Shown here piece by piece: positions 58,297-64,000 of a stretch of DNA of 64,000 nt. Both the position numbers and the translations under genes were made by a program. The notes under the pieces are model-generated. The model saw nothing but the letters and a program-made list of their open reading frames with translations. It was not told where the DNA came from and did no database searches. The DNA is taken from contig CM059432.1 of the NCBI GenBank assembly GCA_030390025.1, positions 142,478,001 through 142,542,000 on the forward strand. Reading direction: 5' to 3'. The stretch's first letter is position 1, and every line of letters begins with the position of its first letter. The DNA is from Squalus acanthias. Lineage: Eukaryota.

Positions 58297-58962
58297 ATGG
58301 CAAAAAAAAGGCAAATGGAATGTTGGCCTTTATTTCAAAGGGGGTTGGAGTATAAAAGCAGGGAAGCCCTGCTACAACTGTACAGGGTATTAGTGAGACC
58401 ACACCTGGAGTACTGCGTACAGTTTTGGTCTCCTTATTTAAGGAAGGATATACTTGCATTGGAGGCAGTTCAGAGACGATTGACTAGGTTAATTCCTGAG
58501 ATGAGGGGGTTGACTTATGAAGAAAGGTTGAGCAGGTTGGGCCTATACTCGTTGGAATTTAGAAGAATGAGAGGTGATCTTATCGAAACATATAAGATTC
58601 TGAGGGGGCTCGACAAGGTAGATGCAGAGAGGATGTTTCCCCTCGTGGGGAAATCTAGAACTCGGGGGCATAGTTTCAGAATAAAGGTTCGCCCTTTTAG
58701 AACTGAGATGAGGAGGAATTTCTTCTCTCAGAGGGTCGTAAATCTGTGGAATTCTCTGCCCCAGAGAGCTGTGGAGGCTGGGTCATTAAATACATTTAAG
58801 GTGGAGATAGACAGATTTTTGCAAGATAAGGGAGTGAAGGGTTATGGGGAGCGGGCTGGGAAGTGGCTTTGAGCCCAAGATCAGCCATGATCTTATTGAA
58901 CGGCGGAGCAGGCTCGAGGGGCCAAGTGGCCTATTCCTGCTCCTATTTCTTATGTTCTTATG
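58297..58962 (+). mobile_element. CR1 LINE 3' fragment
   Basis: [19 protein letters not shown]...RRNFFSQRVVNLWNSLP, followed by the CR1 3' UTR and a ttcttatg tail. Confidence 0.88.
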
Positions 58963-60722
58963 AACCAACAGTAATCTCTAGCCTACTGTGTCAGTGTAAA
59001 GTGGTTTTGGAAACTTATAGTAAAACTTCTGTGTGACGTTTCCCACATTGAACTTAAGACAATTAGGAATAAAGAACTTGCAGTTATATAGCTCCTTTCA
59101 TATTCCTTGGTGCACCCCAAAGTGCTTCACAGCCAATGAAGTACTTTTGAAGTGCAGTCATTGTTGTAATGCAGCAGCCAAACTGCGCACAAACAGCAAA
59201 TGCGATGAATGATCAGTTAATCGTGCGTTTTGGTGATGTTGGTGGAGGGATAAATGCTGGTCAGGATACCGGAAAGATCTCCCCCTGTCCAGGAGGAGGC
59301 CAGTGTTGGAGAAGCCCAGAGATCTCGGGGGGAGGTGGGGGGGGGGTTGTAGGTCTAGAGGAGATTACAGAGACAGGGAGGGGGGCCAGGCCATGGAAGG
59401 ATTTGAACACGAGGATGAGAGTTTTAAATTCGAGGCGTTGCTGGACCGGGAGCCAATGTAGGTCAGCGAGCACGGGGGGTGATGGGTGAACGGGACTGGG
59501 TGCGAGTTAGGACACGGGGGCAGCAGAGTTTTGGATGAGCTGAAGTTTATGAGGGTGGAAGACGAGAAGCACTGGAATGGTCAAGTCCGAAGGTAACAAA
59601 AGCATGGTCGAGGGTTTCAGCAGCAGATGGGCTGAGGCAGGGGTAGTCTCTATTTATTCTGATAGTTAGGCCTGCCTCAACACCATCAGCGAGTGTGTCG
59701 GACTGCCTGCCCTATAGGGCAGACATGCAGCCACACTTGGGAGAATCCTTACTTTCTATGATTTCTAGTCTACCTGCCCCAATACACATCCTAACTTTCT
59801 TGGCATGTTTCTCGCAATGAATGCACTTAAGTCCAATTGAATGGAGCTGAGGGACAATCCATTACCCTTTATCATAATAAGCCCAAGCCTTTGGGAACAC
59901 CAACTTCAAATCATCTCTTTCTTTCCAATTTAGCAGCACCATTTGCGATCCCTATGTTTCAGGTTTCACTGTAAAGTGATTCTGTTATTGAAACACTCAC
60001 TTCGCTTCCCGCCAGCACTGGTGTGATAAATCCTCTCAGGCACCAACTGCAGTGTTGGGGTGGAGAAGGAAGTAAAAATGATTTAATGGAGATACGTTAT
60101 TATGCTGCAGGACTTCAGGGAAGGTGCGCTGGTGGCTGGGAGCCCAAAGAAAGTATTGAGATTTTAAATTTATAGCCACTTTCTTTTTCATGGAAACTGG
60201 ACTCGAGGGGTTATCGTATCACATAAATGTTTCTCCGGGAACAATGCAATGAAGTAACGCATTGCTAATCGTGTGTTCAGTTATTACCTCACTACAGACC
60301 CTGCTTCGGAACATTTCAACTCCAAATATCAAATATAAGTGGCCACCGACCGGCCCTAGCTAACCTGAGAGAAAGAAAGACTTGTAATAAAATGGTACCT
60401 TTGACAACCTCAGGATGTCCCAAAGTGCTTTACAGAAAATGAAGTACTTTTGAAGTGTACTCACTGTTGTGATGTAGGAAATGCAGCCGCCAATTTGCGC
60501 ACAGCAAGCTCCCACAATCAGCAATCTGAAGTTGACGATCTTGGTGATGGAGCAGATATGGGGTCGGAAGCTCAGCTCAATAGGAAGCCAAGGTTACGGA
60601 CAGTCTGGTTCAGCCTCAGACAGTGGCGAGGGAGAGGAGTGAAGTAATTGGCTAAGGAATGGAGTAGCACAGGAGGAGGTTACAGAGAAAAAAGAAAAGA
60701 AAGCATTGCATTTATATATCAC

Positions 60723-61035
60723 GGGCAACACGGTGGCATAGTGGTTAGCACTGTTGCCTCACAGCGCCAGGGACCCGGGTTTGAATCCGGCCTCCTGTGA
60801 CTGTCTGTGTGGAGTTTGCACATTCTCCCCGTGTCTGCGTGGGTTTCCTCCGGGTGCTCCGGTTTCCTCCCACAGTCCAAAGATGTGCGGGTTAGGTTGA
60901 TTTGGCTATGATAAATTGACCCTTAGTGTTAGGGGGGATTAAATACGTGGAGTTACGGGGATAGGGTGGGATATTTGTCGGTGCAGGCTCGATGGGCCGA
61001 AATGGCCTCTATCTGCACTGTGGGGATTCTGTGAT
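60723..61035 (+). mobile_element. V-SINE (HE1-like) with CR1-derived tail
   Basis: tRNA-like head followed by the V-domain gtggagtttgcacattctccccgtgtctgcgtgggtttcctccgggtgctccggtttcctcccaca. Confidence 0.8.
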
Positions 61036-61361
61036 ATATCACCTTTCATGACCTCAGGACGCCCCAAAGTCAATTATGTACATTTTTGAAGTGCGGTCAC
61101 TGTTGTAATGTGGGAATTGTGGCAGCCATTTTGCGCACAGCAAGCTCCCACAAGCTCCCACAAACAACAGGTAATGTTTTAGTGATGTTGGTTGAGGGAT
61201 AAATATTGGCCAGGATGCCTGGGAGTACTCCCCTGCTCTTCTTCAAAATAGTGCCGTGGGATCATTTACGTCCACCTGAGAGAGCAGACGAGGCCTCAGT
61301 TTAACGTCTGATCTGAAAGATGGCTCCTCCGACAGTGCAGCACTCCCTCAGCGCTGCACTG

Positions 61362-62116
61362 TGTAAGATTTGATCAAGAGTCACAGATTACCCAAAAGGG
61401 TCGAGGAGTCACAAGAGGTTTACTGAGGAGCGACGGTTCAAATACGACACATAATCAGGACAGACACAGTAGACACACGACTGTAACAGGTGAGAACGGT
61501 TTACCGGGCCCGGATCGGACGGACGGACGGATGAGGCAGGACTTCTTGATCTTTGCAGCCTGCGGTAACGATCTCTTCTTCTTCAGTCATCTCTCAAACT
61601 GGCTGAGGCGTTAAGCCGAAGTTAGCATGGTTCCACCTCGGGGAGCTCTCCCCCATCTGTCCTTTTTTCCCTTTTCGTCTGCCCGTTTATATACCTTATT
61701 TTAGGGGCCGGTGGATACCTCACGTCAATCATTCGTTTAATTACATTTACCCATTCCATTGTTCAATTACAGGGGAATAGGCACCCAAGGCGGCCCCCTC
61801 CTAACCTAGGCTCCAGTTCCATGGGATCATTCCTTTGTTTATCTCTTGTATGAACATCTTGTTACGTTATCCCAGACAGTTTGTTTTAGATACGCGGATC
61901 ATGAGGCTCCTTCCCCAACCTCTTATCAGGCCCAGTCATGCCTACACAAAAGGTCTGTTTCTACGTTATATCCTTGGCCTCAGAACGAGCCCTTGTGAAA
62001 ACCCTTATCTAACTTGATTAACATTGTTCTGTGTCAGCTCAGGCAGACTGCTGAAGAATTTCCCTTAACTAAAGAAGCCCATTTCTTATGATTCTATAGG
62101 ACCACTATTTCTTACA
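61362..62116 (-). mobile_element. Solo LTR (755 bp) inserted in a SINE
   Basis: Inverted ends TGTAAGA...TCTTACA. Flanks ACTG/ATTG form a 4-bp TSD with one mismatch. It splits a DeuSINE at ctgcactg|ggagtgtcagcc. The minus strand has TATATAAA near 61690. Confidence 0.8.
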
Positions 62117-63004
62117 ATTGGGAGTGTCAGCCTGGATTAGGCGCTCAAGTCTCTGGAGTAGGGGCTTGGACCCATGACCTTCTGACTCAGAGGCGAGAGT
62201 GCTACCCACTGAGCCAAGGTTGACTCATCAAGTGTAAACTTTGCAATAACCTGCTCCCAGCCGACACCTCATCCACTGATCACATCTATTGGAAAATTAG
62301 GCAGGCTCAATTTTCCGACCATGAAAATCTTTGGTTGAAAATTGTGGGAATTGTGCCTGAGTTTCCAATTTGCATTCCGGGAGGGAGCACGGAATTGAAA
62401 AATGGCTCCTTACACGTGGAATGTAAGGTTAGATTGACGTTCTGAAGTTTCACTTGATTTACCATCGGAAGGGAAGGAAACAGTTCACAGGGGATTAAAC
62501 AGGCCATAATAGAGCAGGTTGATGATGGTCTGTGGGTGTCCATGCGTCTCAGGCTTCAACTGTTGACCGCAAGGACCGCAGCGGTTCAAGAAGCAGGCAG
62601 CCCACCACCACCTTCTCAGGAGAGAACTGGGGATGGACAACAAATGCCGGCCTGGTCAGCGACGGCCACATCCAGATAACAAAAATCCCAGCCCGGAATT
62701 TCTGTGGGGTTTTCCCAATTTTCTGCCGTTACTTCAGTGGGAGATTGTCTGAACCAGCCATGTAACAACATTATCGCCCATTCAGAGCTGTTTTGGCGGT
62801 GGTTCTACCAAACTCCAAGAACCCCACTGAGATCCCACGCGCCTGATCCTATCGAATCCCGGACATAAATTTGATGCATGTCAGAAAAACCACCCAACGA
62901 AAAAAAAAGTCTCACTTCAAAAATACGCACTGAGTGCATAAAATATTATAGAGCAATAAACCCAGGATCTAGATATTGGAAAAAAATTCAAGAAACAAGA
63001 TGAT

Positions 63005-63460
63005 GCAACACCATCCAGGCCAAAGCAGCCCGCTTGATTGGCATCCCATCCACCACCTTAAACATTCACTCCCTCCACCACCGGTGTACCGTGGCTGCAG
63101 TGTGTACCATCTACAAGATGCACTGCAGCAACTCGCCAAGGCTTCTTCGGCAGCACCTCCCAAACCCGCGAACCTCTTCCACCTAGAAGGACAAGGGCAG
63201 CAGGCGCATGGGAACACCACCACCTCCAAGTTCCCCTCCAAGTCACACACCATCCTGACTTGGAAGTATATGGTTGTTCCTTCATCGTTGCTGGGTCAAA
63301 ATCCTGGAACTCCCTCCCTAACAGCACTGTGGGAGTACCTTCACCACACGGACTGACTGCAGCGGTTCAAGAAGGCGGCTCACCACCACCTTCTCAAGGG
63401 CAACGAGGGATGGGCAATAAATGCTGGCCTTGCCAGCGACACCCACCTCCCATGAATTAA
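63005..63460 (+). mobile_element. CR1-group LINE 3' fragment
   Basis: Highly similar to the reverse complement of 2145-2600. Confidence 0.75.
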
Positions 63461-64000
63461 TTTTAAAAATGTACATAAATGGAGCAAGGCTTTGCTCACT
63501 GTGTGTTATTTACTCTATCTTGAAAGCAGAACATCTTGTCTGGATAATGCTACAAATAGAATACTGATGGTAAGAATGGTAGATAATGATTCCATATCAT
63601 ATTCCCCCTGTTGTATCAATCAGATGCACTCAGTTACATTTGGGTCGATAACCAGAGGGCACAGATTTAAAATGATTGGCAAAAGAACCAAAGGCGACAT
63701 GAGGAAAAGCTTTTTTATGCAGCGAGTTGTTGTGATCTGGAATGCACTGCCTGAAAGGGTGGTGGAAGCAGATTCAATAATAACTTTCAAAAGGGAATTG
63801 GATAAATAGAATCATAGAAAAATTACGACACAGAAGGAGGCCATTCAGCCCATCGTGGCTGTGCCGGTCGGAAAAGAGCTACCCAGCCTAATCCCACCCT
63901 CCAGCATGAGGTCTGTAGCCCTGTAGGTTACGGCTCTTCAAGTGCACATCCAAGTACTTTTTAAATGTGATGAGGGTCTCTGCCTCTACCACCCTTTCAG

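Overview
Repeat-rich vertebrate genomic DNA, most likely from a shark or other cartilaginous fish. This is inferred from DeuSINE/SacSINE-type and V-SINE/HE1-type SINEs, CR1 and L2 LINEs, and Penelope-like and Harbinger-like elements. I could not confidently identify any host protein-coding exon. The main feature is a complete, apparently very young 12.6-kb minus-strand provirus (22754-35354). It has two 1611-bp TG...CA LTRs that look identical, a 4-bp CCGT target-site duplication, an 18-nt tRNA-Arg(UCG) primer-binding site, a polypurine tract, and uninterrupted gag, pol and env frames. Pol has the retroviral double RNase H layout (PR-RT-degenerate RH tether-RH-IN). Env is not a classical SU/TM protein: it resembles an F-type class I fusion protein, with a 453-aa subunit after the furin site and an N-terminal immunoglobulin-like domain. 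This best fits a lokiretrovirus-like element. Gag and pol are in frame, separated by one UGA followed by the CUAG readthrough context, and Gag carries an overlapping PSAPPSY late domain. The window also holds minimal hammerhead ribozymes in Penelope-like elements, a solo LTR, a Vingi-like LINE fragment, several nested insertions, MITEs and unusual minisatellites. Family names come from motif recognition only, and boundaries of old repeats are approximate.
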